A stretch of DNA of 54,888 nt. Origin: a virus (lineage: Duplodnaviria > Caudoviricetes). Shown here one piece after another: positions 9,775-20,828 of the stretch. The notes beneath the pieces are model-generated. The model saw only the letters and a list, made by a program, of their open reading frames with translations. It was not told where the DNA came from and made no database searches. The stretch is from positions 1 to 54,888 of the IMG/VR virus record IMGVR_UViG_3300027848_000027; one strand, 5' to 3'. Positions within the stretch are counted from its first letter, which is position 1. The number at the start of each line of letters is the position of its first letter. A program made the position numbers and the translations under genes.

Positions 9775-9844
9775 ATTTGTTATTGTGTTTTACGGTTTTT
9801 ACGAGACTGAGCTGTCGCCGGCAGATATGTCCTTAATTTATGTT

Positions 9845-9894
9845 ATTGTATGTGAAGTTTGTTAGTTAAAGTTTCATGTTCAAATTTATTTATA
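9845..9894 (-). promoter_or_regulatory. Promoter region for dut-nrdJ (GAAACT...TACAAT plus upstream TATAAATA)
   Basis: Minus strand TATAAATA at 9887-9894 and GAAACT-N19-TACAAT at 9845-9875. The spacing is longer than at other copies. Confidence 0.45.
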
Positions 9895-9907
9895 TCGTAA
9901 AATAAAA

Positions 9908-11092
9908 TTATTCAGACTCTACAAATTCGAACTTTAGATTTTTGTTGATTGGATCAACTTTTGAAACTTTTACCATCGGATAATCACTTAAATTTCTTTC
10001 AAGATCCGTTCTTCGCATCGTTACGTTATATGATTCTCCGTCAATATAAATACTTATTGAATTATTAGATGAATCAACTTCATATTGAAAAGTTTTTCCT
10101 TCTGTTCTAGATCTTAGATCATCCCATCTTCTCTTTTCAGAATCAATTGTGTCTGGATCAAGCGTTAATACAATACGATATTGAGTACCTGTCTTAGTAA
10201 CGTTTTTGATATATACATCGATCTCATCTCCGGCTTTTAAAGTTGATGATATTTCATCATAGTTTTCAAATTCAGATGAGTGTATTAATCCAGTATAATA
10301 TCCATCAATCTCTACGAATACTCCGAACTGCAGAGGCCTGTTAGTTAATGTTCCAGTATATTTACTTCCGAATTTTAATTCAGAAACCATAAGTGGCATT
10401 GATTTTTGAATATATTTCTTATATGATAAGATGAATAGATCATTTGATTTATCGTAATTATCAACCATTACGTTTATGGTTGATCCTAATAATTTAGAGA
10501 AATCTCTAATTACATTAGCACCAGCGTGTGAACCTGGGATAAAACATTCGACTGTATCTTTGTACATTGCGACATATCCTCCCTTGATTAATTTCTTGAT
10601 TTTAACTTCGAACCATGTTTTATTAGAAAAGTGAGAATCTAATTCTTTTGTATAGTTAATGGATATACATCTCTTTTGAGATCCAACATAACTTCCACTT
10701 CTATCTGTTTTAACTATCATAACGTTAAAGTTGGTGTTGTCTCCTTTTGCTAGATCATCGATTGATGAAGCGTATTCATTGAATGGTATTAAAATTTCAA
10801 CTGATGAATTTACTTCAGATGCTTTGATATGTTTCTCATCAAATGATATTTGATTAGCTTTAACATCATATATGTTTCCAATCGTTAGATCTTTACAGGC
10901 ATGTAGACTTGAACAAGTTGCTAACTCATATGCTTTCATTTTATCATATAGCTCTTGAGCATATGGCGCTTGACAATATATTTTTATATTGGCGTTAGCA
11001 TCTTCAGCAGTTACCTTTACACGAGTATTATATTTACCTGTGTTTGCAAAGATATCTTCTACGTCAGCTGTGTTATTTTGATTGTTATCCAT
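9908..11092 (-). CDS. Ribosomal protein S1-like multi-S1-domain RNA-binding protein
   Basis: KIKKLIKGGYVA...CFIPGSH and YTGTLTN...FGVFVEIDG.YTGLIHSSE...LKAGDEIDVYI are S1-domain signatures. About three S1 repeats. Confidence 0.8.
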   Translation of the reverse strand: MDNNQNNTADVEDIFANTGKYNTRVKVTAEDANANIKIYCQAPYAQELYDKMKAYELATCSSLHACKDLTIGNIYDVKANQISFDEKHIKASEVNSSVEILIPFNEYASSIDDLAKGDNTNFNVMIVKTDRSGSYVGSQKRCISINYTKELDSHFSNKTWFEVKIKKLIKGGYVAMYKDTVECFIPGSHAGANVIRDFSKLLGSTINVMVDNYDKSNDLFILSYKKYIQKSMPLMVSELKFGSKYTGTLTNRPLQFGVFVEIDGYYTGLIHSSEFENYDEISSTLKAGDEIDVYIKNVTKTGTQYRIVLTLDPDTIDSEKRRWDDLRSRTEGKTFQYEVDSSNNSISIYIDGESYNVTMRRTDLERNLSDYPMVKVSKVDPINKNLKFEFVESE

Positions 11093-11112
11093 ATTATTAT
11101 TTTTTATATAAA

Positions 11113-11141
11113 ATTATACCGTCGTGAAATTCTTTAGTTTT
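11113..11141 (-). promoter_or_regulatory. Early/middle-type promoter for S1-like gene
   Basis: Minus strand AAAACT-N17-TATAAT, 20 nt upstream of the ATG. Confidence 0.65.
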
Positions 11142-11149
11142 CATTTTTT

Positions 11150-14100
11150 TTACAAATATGATCTAAAAAATCCTACTTGATCTGCTCCAGTTTTTATAAA
11201 CTCATCTAGAAACACTAAAAACAGTATATTTTTCAAAGTTAGTCTTTCCCATGGTGGTATATCATCTGCGCTTAAAATTGGGTGAATTGCTTTAATTGTA
11301 TCTAGTGAATTTGCTACTCCTGCTCCAGCGACCATTAGTCCAGCGACTGGATTATTTACAATAGGAAGAAGTGCAGACTTTAAAGTAGTTGATGCAACTT
11401 TTATTGCATCCTCGTTTATTACAAATTGAGATTTTGATTTAGTAATTGAGAATTTTAATTGTCCCTTCGCTATGAATAGTGATTTAGCAACCGGTCCAAA
11501 CGGAGGGAAATTGAATACTGTGTTTTCTAATACGTTAAGATTTAAACCCTTTGCCGTTTTAATTAGTGGAGAATTTATAACTGCATAATAGGGTTTAAGT
11601 ACATCAATAATTGTGTCTGACATAGATTCTATGAATTTCTTCATGAATGCTTTAATATCATTCTGACTAGCGTATATAAAATCAGTGTCTAGATTTTGAG
11701 AATTTTTAGACAATATATTATTTTGTAAATATTCTTCTAATCCCTTTCTAATAATTGATTTAACTATTGATAAATTTAAAGAAGTTTGTTTCTTAAGTTG
11801 TTGATTTCCTAAAATAGAAGGAAAATTAGCCTGTGGCATCGATAAAGCTCCAAGTATTCCACTAAACATATCAATTCCAGCCTTTAAGTTTAATGACGGC
11901 TTAGGGATTGATATTGTATCTGGAACTGATAACTTTATAATGTTCAATAGTCCAAGTCTAATATCCCTTTGGTAAATATTTGATTTTCCTCCGAATATTC
12001 CTCGTAATTGAGATTCTGGCATATTTGAAATAATATCCTTAACTAGTGCAGTTGCAGTATCGATTGCAGCAGCAACCAATGGAGGGAATGGAAAACCTAA
12101 TGAGAATGTTTCTCTTGGACAACATTTAGCAAATGGATCAATTGATATATTTGCTCCGGCAAGAGACGATATAATAGCAGGAGTCATTGATAAAGTTTGT
12201 TTAACTCTATCCGAATCCATTTTTTTACTTAATTCACTCTGTGTATCATTTAATTTCTTATTCGCTTCGTTTCGTTTATCAATACTTTTATCCTTTGATG
12301 CGTCTACTTTATCCTTAGCTGCTCTAAGTTTTCCTCCAGCGACACTAGCATCAGTTGGGACTCCGCCTTTGCCCTTTACTTTATCAGCTAATTTATCGAG
12401 AGCTATTTTCATATGCTCTCTTATCTGATCAATATTTTCACTTATGTTTATATTACTGGATGGAATTGCTGCCTCTATTTCAGCTTTATATTTTGCGATA
12501 TTAACACTAAACATATTTTTAACAGTAGCTGCCTGGTTCGATACGAACTCTTTATCATTGCTACTTGATAATTCAATAGCTTTGTCTTTACCTGCATCAG
12601 TAGCATCCGGTTTAGGATCCAATTTATCAGTTTCCTTTGGAAGTAATTCAGTTGGAAAAGTTATTTTATCGAAATAATCTAGTAAATCATTTATATATGC
12701 AAATATTTTGTCATCTATATTAAGTCCATCAGATTTAAGATTCTCATTTATTTCTTTAACTTTTGCTGACTCTCCATTTTCCATTGCAACTAGTTTTTCC
12801 CGTTTGAGATCAGCAATTCTAGTATATGCTAGTTCCTTAAGTTTATTAATTCTATTAGTCTGTGGTTTTCCAAGATCATCCATTGTCTTAAATAGCTTCT
12901 TTTTGATGTTTTCAACCATATCAATTGCGGTTTCTCCTTTATCAGCAGCTTCTGCCATTTTAGTAGATTCAGGCTTATGTTTATCTACTGCGTGTTTTTT
13001 AATGTTAGATATTTCCTTTTTAGCTTTATGTATTCTAACTGAATCTCCATCCGCAATTGCGTCATTTAATTTCTGTTGTAATATAGAAATTCTACTAGAT
13101 TCCTTAGTGTTTAATAATTTATTTGGATCTAGTGTTGGAACTTTAATCATATCCAATTTTGATTGAACAGATAATGGTATTTGAATTAATGGCTTTATTA
13201 ATTCATCATCGCTATCAGACCCAAACTTTTTAGATGATCCTCTTACCGTAATCAAATGTTGCTTATATCCAGATGCAGATAAGAAAAATACTACAGGGGA
13301 TATGAATACACCGTTCACATTTAAAAATGTTACGACAACTCCTAATGGAGTAGATATCGCGATAAGTGGAATCCATATCTGTGGTAATGGTATCTTAATT
13401 AGAGTAGCAGGAGTCGGTATAACTAATCCAACTGGCCAATATCTAAAAGTAGTTGGATTATTTGCTATTGGTAATAGACCCTGTATAGTTGCAAGTTTTG
13501 CAAATTCCTTCCAGTAACATAATTGACTAAAATTAGGGAGAGTTGGATCTATTCCACTTAGGCTTTCAAAAAATGGATCACTTCCTAATATGTCTTTTAC
13601 ATCAGAACATGCGTCTTCTTCTGGTGGAATATTTCCAAAACACTTTTCACTCTTCTGTTTAAGTAATGCTTTTATTTTCTCAGCAGTTGGTAAATCCTCT
13701 AGTATGACTTCTATTCGATTTATTTCTTCATCTAATTCTGCAATCCTTTGAGTAAAAACTAAATTTGCATTATTAATGGATTGGATTGCAGTTTGAGATC
13801 CATCATACATCCCAGTACCAACGGTTTTAGTACTCCCATCGGGATTTATAACAGTCATATTTCCTGATTTATTGAATAAATTTACTCTACCAATTGATAG
13901 TAACAACTCAACATCATATCTTGCTATTAATTCAAGTTCACCCTTCACAGAAGCTAATTCTCTTTTTACAATATCTGATCGTATTTGTTTACTTCTAGCT
14001 TTGAATCCTTCATCGAATTCTTTATAGAAATTTTGAAGACGATCTAAATCACTTATAAAATAAGTTTCACCAGCTTCTTTTTTAGTTTGAACGCTTTGTC

Positions 14101-15301
14101 CTTCTAATATAGGATCAAGTAATTTAATATCTGACGATAAACCTCGCTCTTCTAATGTAAAAAAGTTATTAATTGGATCTTGTAGTTTATTATAATATCC
14201 TGTGTATAATGAGCCTTGTGATGTAAAGTTTGCATTAGCAGCAATGTTTGATATATTATAACCTGGCCCGTCATTAAAGAAACTATGTTTAAACAGTAAT
14301 GGGCTATTTTTAATTAGATAATCTTCTTTATATATTGATTTATCTCCAGTATTAACATCGAATTTTTCTTTGTCAATTTGCATAACAAATAATTCTTGAA
14401 ATTTTATCTCGAATCCAACTAGTGGATTTGATATAACATCAGTATATGGACCAACTGGTGTCTTAATGTCTAATCTAATGTATTCTGAGTATCTTTTTAA
14501 ATTTTCGTTTATTGATCGTATTTTAGAACTGGATATTGCTGTTTCAATTTCATATACCAAAGCTGCTCTTTGAGAAACGTCAGGATCTGATATATTAGCA
14601 TATCCATTAATTGTTCCATTTGTCATCAATGGGTATTTAGCCTCAGTCGTGGATCTTAATTGTTCTTGATTATCAAATTTAGTTTTATCTTCTGATATTA
14701 TACCATTAATCCTTTCGATTTCATTCTTAGCTGCAGTTATTACTTCATTATTAGTAACAGTAAGTGAGTGTTGATAATCTATACGAGATTGTTGATTAGG
14801 AATTAATACTTTATTGTGATAATCTATACGGTCTCGTAGTCTCTTAAGTTCAGCAAGTATAGGTTGAAATTCTCCGAGTATTACTGCCATTCTACTAGAT
14901 CTCTCAGCATAGTAATATTCCAAAGGCGTTATATTCTCCTTGAATTCCTCTAGTCTTGTAAATAATATATTGTGAGCAGTGTGTTTATCTAGTTTCTCTT
15001 TGATTTCAGCATTTACCTCGGCTACTGATTCTAAACATTCTTCTCCACTGAATATTTCCTTTGTATTATCTTGAACTGTAATTGGAGACTGATCTATACT
15101 ATCAGCTGGTGATCCATTATCACGACATGATATGTCTTCTAAATTCGAGACGAACGGAACAATAGATGAAACTCCATCGCATTGAGATGCCTTTAATAAT
15201 TGATTAAGTTGTTCTTCTGTAAAATTACTATTAACTTCATCAATTGACAGTCCGGTTATTACAGCTATTTCATTTATAAGTTGATCTAAGATTGATGCCA
15301 C
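11150..15301 (-). CDS. Large hypothetical protein (1383 aa), probable late/virion protein
   Basis: Long ORF with GTG start, coiled-coil segments and a central Pro-rich hydrophobic stretch. TAAATA motif directly upstream. Confidence 0.75.
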   Translation of the reverse strand: MASILDQLINEIAVITGLSIDEVNSNFTEEQLNQLLKASQCDGVSSIVPFVSNLEDISCRDNGSPADSIDQSPITVQDNTKEIFSGEECLESVAEVNAEIKEKLDKHTAHNILFTRLEEFKENITPLEYYYAERSSRMAVILGEFQPILAELKRLRDRIDYHNKVLIPNQQSRIDYQHSLTVTNNEVITAAKNEIERINGIISEDKTKFDNQEQLRSTTEAKYPLMTNGTINGYANISDPDVSQRAALVYEIETAISSSKIRSINENLKRYSEYIRLDIKTPVGPYTDVISNPLVGFEIKFQELFVMQIDKEKFDVNTGDKSIYKEDYLIKNSPLLFKHSFFNDGPGYNISNIAANANFTSQGSLYTGYYNKLQDPINNFFTLEERGLSSDIKLLDPILEGQSVQTKKEAGETYFISDLDRLQNFYKEFDEGFKARSKQIRSDIVKRELASVKGELELIARYDVELLLSIGRVNLFNKSGNMTVINPDGSTKTVGTGMYDGSQTAIQSINNANLVFTQRIAELDEEINRIEVILEDLPTAEKIKALLKQKSEKCFGNIPPEEDACSDVKDILGSDPFFESLSGIDPTLPNFSQLCYWKEFAKLATIQGLLPIANNPTTFRYWPVGLVIPTPATLIKIPLPQIWIPLIAISTPLGVVVTFLNVNGVFISPVVFFLSASGYKQHLITVRGSSKKFGSDSDDELIKPLIQIPLSVQSKLDMIKVPTLDPNKLLNTKESSRISILQQKLNDAIADGDSVRIHKAKKEISNIKKHAVDKHKPESTKMAEAADKGETAIDMVENIKKKLFKTMDDLGKPQTNRINKLKELAYTRIADLKREKLVAMENGESAKVKEINENLKSDGLNIDDKIFAYINDLLDYFDKITFPTELLPKETDKLDPKPDATDAGKDKAIELSSSNDKEFVSNQAATVKNMFSVNIAKYKAEIEAAIPSSNINISENIDQIREHMKIALDKLADKVKGKGGVPTDASVAGGKLRAAKDKVDASKDKSIDKRNEANKKLNDTQSELSKKMDSDRVKQTLSMTPAIISSLAGANISIDPFAKCCPRETFSLGFPFPPLVAAAIDTATALVKDIISNMPESQLRGIFGGKSNIYQRDIRLGLLNIIKLSVPDTISIPKPSLNLKAGIDMFSGILGALSMPQANFPSILGNQQLKKQTSLNLSIVKSIIRKGLEEYLQNNILSKNSQNLDTDFIYASQNDIKAFMKKFIESMSDTIIDVLKPYYAVINSPLIKTAKGLNLNVLENTVFNFPPFGPVAKSLFIAKGQLKFSITKSKSQFVINEDAIKVASTTLKSALLPIVNNPVAGLMVAGAGVANSLDTIKAIHPILSADDIPPWERLTLKNILFLVFLDEFIKTGADQVGFFRSYL

Positions 15302-15310
15302 TCTTTATTC

Positions 15311-15321
15311 TTATTTATTTA
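15311..15321 (-). promoter_or_regulatory. T4-like late promoter
   Basis: TAAATAAATAA on the minus strand about 10 nt upstream of the GTG at 15301. Confidence 0.5.
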
Positions 15322-15325
15322 AACA

Positions 15326-15354
15326 CAAAAGCCCTCTAATGAGGGCTTTGTTTT
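15326..15354 (-). terminator. Intrinsic terminator after groEL
   Basis: AAAGCCCTC-TAAT-GAGGGCTTT stem, with the same core as the 6639 hairpin. Confidence 0.8.
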
Positions 15355-15372
15355 GAGAAAAGGTAAAGAAGA

Positions 15373-16983
<1,611 letters not shown>

Positions 16984-16990
16984 TTAGTTT

Positions 16991-17019
16991 ATTATACAAG
17001 CGTTATGGATAAAAGTTTT
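16991..17019 (-). promoter_or_regulatory. Early/middle-type promoter for groEL
   Basis: Minus strand AAAACT-N17-TATAAT, 19 nt upstream of the ATG. Confidence 0.65.
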
Positions 17020-17818
17020 ACATTACGAAATTATTTTTCTCAAGGAATTCTCGTAATCTATCTCTTAAATCTAATGTTTTGTATAATTTCGGTTTATCTG
17101 GTCCTATCCATACGAGGAATCCACCTTTAGTTCCAAACCCATGTTCTTCTAACATTAGTCGATACATACTGATTTGGATTGAATATCCATTTAGATTATT
17201 ATCCCATAAATCTTCAAATGGATAAAGTAGTTTTTGTCGACGCCCGTCTTTATGATCATCATCCGTAAATTTTTTATTGGTCTTCCAATCTCCTACATAG
17301 AAATACGGATCTAAATAAAATAATACATCTAGTGTTCCAGCAATTCCCCATTTACGAGAAAATATTCTAAGCTCTTGATGTTTTGCTTCTAATTTATAGA
17401 GACGTTCCGCGTGGATCTGTTTAAATTTTTGAATTCTATCATATATTCTTTCTTCCCATGTTCCCATTGGATCATGATCTCCCATTGCTCCAACAAAATC
17501 GAGTTCTGGATAAAATGGTTCCTTTCCATTATAATAGTCTTCGATCCATTCATGAACGAATGTACCTAGGTCAGTTCCTTCTTTTGCAGTCGCTGCCCAT
17601 TCTTCGAGAATGGCTTCACGTGTTGTCTGTCTAGATTTAGCAACATATCCTGCTATCCTATGAGAATCAAATGGTTTTTTAAACTGACTTATAAAACCAG
17701 AAACCGATTCAAATAGTTGAACCGGTTTCCCTGTTTCTGGATTGATGTATGTATATTGATGTGCATCAGGATCGAACTTAAAATTTGGATCCTTGAAGTA
17801 ATCTAATTTATCAATCAT
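17018..17818 (-). CDS. PD-(D/E)XK nuclease (RecB/Cas4-like phage exonuclease)
   Basis: GTFVHEWIE, ELRIFS, IAGTLDVLF, VGDWKT and YSIQISMY motifs. Confidence 0.8.
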   Translation of the reverse strand: MIDKLDYFKDPNFKFDPDAHQYTYINPETGKPVQLFESVSGFISQFKKPFDSHRIAGYVAKSRQTTREAILEEWAATAKEGTDLGTFVHEWIEDYYNGKEPFYPELDFVGAMGDHDPMGTWEERIYDRIQKFKQIHAERLYKLEAKHQELRIFSRKWGIAGTLDVLFYLDPYFYVGDWKTNKKFTDDDHKDGRRQKLLYPFEDLWDNNLNGYSIQISMYRLMLEEHGFGTKGGFLVWIGPDKPKLYKTLDLRDRLREFLEKNNFVM

Positions 17819-18080
17819 CTACATTGGATTTTATTTTAAAATGTATTACTTTTTCATTTGATCCCTTTACTTCTTTAATTGTACCCTTACATGTTTTAGA
17901 TCCATATGATTGAGCCTCTACTAGAAGCTTAACTTTATCTTTTAATAACTTAAGTGATGAGTCATTATTACTTCCTGAATACTCAAACGTTGTATGATCA
18001 GTTACTATACATTCACCTACGCTAAGTAATTGATCCGCCGTATATGTTGCAATTCTTGATGTTCTTCCGATTTGTCTCAT
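17811..18080 (-). CDS. Hypothetical protein (likely start MRQIGRTS at 18080)
   Basis: ORF packed between two nuclease genes. The ATG lies 1 nt after the upstream stop. Confidence 0.6.
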   Translation of the reverse strand: MRQIGRTSRIATYTADQLLSVGECIVTDHTTFEYSGSNNDSSLKLLKDKVKLLVEAQSYGSKTCKGTIKEVKGSNEKVIHFKIKSNVDD

Positions 18081-18081
18081 A

Positions 18082-18822
18082 TTATACAATTTGACTTTCA
18101 AACCCATCTAGTTGGTTAAGTCCTGACATTTTTAATAGAGCCTGAGCTAATGCAAATACGTCTTTTTCGCAATACTTAGCAATTCGTGCATATTCTTGAT
18201 TGTTCCAGAATACTCCACTGACTTCTTCTCCTCGAATATCGTCCTTTGGAGAGTCTAAACCTAGTGCGGTCATTACTAATTCAAGAGAAGCGGTTCCTTC
18301 TTGCCATGCTCCAAATCCCCATACATCAGATGTATCAATGAATGGCATTTCCCAAGGTTTTTTATCATGTACCATTAAGTATGGTGGAAGTTTAAATCCA
18401 TTTATTAATAGTCGCTTGCACATAACTGGAACGTCAAATCTCTTGATGTTATGTCCAGTCATTTTGAATTTATCAAATTTTCTTGCAACATTGTCAATAC
18501 CTTCAAGTACTGCAATTTCATCATTTCCATAGTATGACTTAAGAACCATTGACGGTTCAAGTCCTTCAAATGAAAGTCTTCCAAATGAAGCGCATACAAT
18601 TCTGTTAAATTCAGGAGATAACGCAGCCTTGTCATCATATAATTCGCAATCTGATTTTTCTCCATTATCTTCTGGCCATCTACTTCTTAAATAGTCACAT
18701 CGTTTAGACCACAATTTAGCCATTCTAGGTTTGGCTGTTTCTAATGAGTCTAGGTTTTCGTATTCTGATGCTGTTTCTAAATCAAAGAATAGCATTCCTT
18801 TTAGTTCGTCTTGTGTATACAT
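18082..18822 (-). CDS. 3'-5' exonuclease, PolB-exo/RNase H-like family
   Basis: LFFDLETA, GHNIKRFDVP, IDTSDVW.FG, SPKDDI.G and YCEKDV are DEDDy motifs. Resembles stand-alone Bacteroidota homologues. Confidence 0.85.
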   Translation of the reverse strand: MYTQDELKGMLFFDLETASEYENLDSLETAKPRMAKLWSKRCDYLRSRWPEDNGEKSDCELYDDKAALSPEFNRIVCASFGRLSFEGLEPSMVLKSYYGNDEIAVLEGIDNVARKFDKFKMTGHNIKRFDVPVMCKRLLINGFKLPPYLMVHDKKPWEMPFIDTSDVWGFGAWQEGTASLELVMTALGLDSPKDDIRGEEVSGVFWNNQEYARIAKYCEKDVFALAQALLKMSGLNQLDGFESQIV

Positions 18823-18837
18823 TATTTTATTTTATTT

Positions 18838-19095
18838 TTAAGTGATTATATCAAACGTACATGACCCATCATCTAAATCGACATTTGGATTATAATTATT
18901 TGCCATAATATCAGTACATCCCTCGACTGCGAATTCAGTAGTGTAAGGAACGAATTCTACACCAATTGGGGTATAGTTATCTTTTTCAGTTCCAATGAAT
19001 GATTTATATAGCCATCCACCAGGAACACGCTTGACTTTATTATAGCGGTCAAGTTCTAATTCTTCATGTAGTGCTAATGTATAAATAGTTGCCAT
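18838..19095 (-). CDS. Small hypothetical protein (RVPGGW motif plus one GCTD...DDGSC repeat)
   Basis: 85-aa ORF in an operon with tight spacing to its neighbours. Confidence 0.7.
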   Translation of the reverse strand: MATIYTLALHEELELDRYNKVKRVPGGWLYKSFIGTEKDNYTPIGVEFVPYTTEFAVEGCTDIMANNYNPNVDLDDGSCTFDIIT

Positions 19096-19096
19096 A

Positions 19097-20011
19097 TTAA
19101 TCTGGTGTGTTTTCTAATTCTGGTCTATTTGAAACAGCTCGTCCTTCCATTTTCTCCCAGTCTTTATTTTGACGAACAATCATGTTTGTAACGTGGGCTC
19201 CGGTAATAGTTGGAAGTCCTAGTCCCATTTTTTGTGCGATGTGTAAAATTGCATTAATGTCTTTTGGAAAACAGTGTCCTCCAAATCCTCTATCTCCATC
19301 TGGACCGGGTACACTATAGTGCGATTTTCCGATTCTTGGATCATGCATTGTAGCTTCAATAACATCATCATATTTAATATCTAATTTCTCACATAAAGAA
19401 TAGATATCATTGAAGAAACTAACTTTAGTTGCTAGAAATAAATTTGTAGCATATTTAGTCATTTCAGCTTCCTTTGAATTGATGATTATTAATTCAGCAT
19501 TCGGAAGTCCATATTGAAATATTTCTCGGATTGGTTCTACATATTCTAAATAGTCTATTCCAAGAACAACGCGAGTTTGATTCTCAAAATCCGAAATAGC
19601 ATTTGCTTCAGTTAGGAATTCAGGGCTGAATGTTACTCCAACTAATGGAGATAATCCGTTTAATGTTTCAGTAGTTCCAGGTGGAACAGTTGATTTTATA
19701 ATCGTGATTACTTTCTTGTTTTGGAATTCTGCTTCCTTTGCTATGTCTTCAATGACTGACTCTACGATTCTAAGATCGCATTCTCCGTCTTCAAACATTG
19801 GAGTTGGAACACATACAAATATAACCTCGCAATTCTCAACTAATATTGCCATTGTTAATGGATCCTGATCTAGAGATTGATCTGTTATTATAGATTTAGT
19901 TGAATCCTTGTCGTATGCATAAACTGGGAACGTTTTACTTAATTCAGTCATTACTGCTGTTCCTACGAAACCTTGACCTATGCACCCGACATTTATATTT
20001 TTATTTTTCAT
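19097..20011 (-). CDS. UDP-glucose/GDP-mannose dehydrogenase family protein (short form)
   Basis: GQGFVG Rossmann motif, FVCVPTP, IKSTVPPGTT, SPEFL, AEMTKY and GFGGHCFPKD with the catalytic Cys. Lacks the C-terminal domain. Confidence 0.9.
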   Translation of the reverse strand: MKNKNINVGCIGQGFVGTAVMTELSKTFPVYAYDKDSTKSIITDQSLDQDPLTMAILVENCEVIFVCVPTPMFEDGECDLRIVESVIEDIAKEAEFQNKKVITIIKSTVPPGTTETLNGLSPLVGVTFSPEFLTEANAISDFENQTRVVLGIDYLEYVEPIREIFQYGLPNAELIIINSKEAEMTKYATNLFLATKVSFFNDIYSLCEKLDIKYDDVIEATMHDPRIGKSHYSVPGPDGDRGFGGHCFPKDINAILHIAQKMGLGLPTITGAHVTNMIVRQNKDWEKMEGRAVSNRPELENTPD

Positions 20012-20015
20012 ATTT

Positions 20016-20777
20016 TTATTTTAACGTTTTTAACCATTTTCTATAATTAGAAAAAATAGAAGCATCTTGTTGATGCCATTTATATTTAAACTTACTAGTT
20101 TTACAATATTGTACTAGCGCATCAAATTTACTATTAGCATTGATATCCCACCCTTTAACTTCTTCAATATATATTGAACCGTCTGTATATTCAACAATGA
20201 AATCAGGTACATAGTTCTTAATTATATTATCAATTTTATACTCTATTTTAATATTATGGTTTTTTGTCCATTTTATTATATATGGGTCATTATCCATTTG
20301 AATCATTCTAAATAGTTCAAGTTTAGAATCATATGACTCCTCGTTATTTGACTTAATACTTATATGAGTGCCATTATTGTGGTGCCAAGATTGAATTTCA
20401 CCAGTTGACATTTTAGATGCTCGCGTATTACTCATTTTGTTTTTAGATTCAATTCTATGTCTCTTACCATAGAATGGATTATTTTCTCCATGTATATCTC
20501 TTCCAATTTTAGCCTTAGATTCAATACTATGTTTCTTACCATAGAATGAGTTATTTACACCAGACCTATCTTGTTTTGAAATAGATTCATAGTACTTGTC
20601 AGATTTTATTGACATTTTTTTTCTAGTTTCATCTGTGAATCTCATACCTTGAGTTGGAGATGTTCTAATATTAGGATCTAACTTTTTTAATTCTTCAATT
20701 GTAGTATTATGATTTTTTGCGTGCCTAGAATTTATATAGCTATATTCCTTTTTACATATTGGACATAATGTTTTCAT
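20016..20777 (-). mobile_element. Free-standing homing endonuclease: zinc-finger, NUMOD3 repeats and TnsA-like PD-(D/E)XK domain
   Basis: CPIC...H...H, repeated N(S/P)FYGK(K/R)H..ESK and YVPDFIVEY...IEEVKG. Has its own GATAAATA motif at 20795-20802. Confidence 0.7.
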
Positions 20778-20828
20778 ATTTAGATATTTCTTATTATTTA
20801 TCTAAATTCTTGTTCTATTATTCCAATG

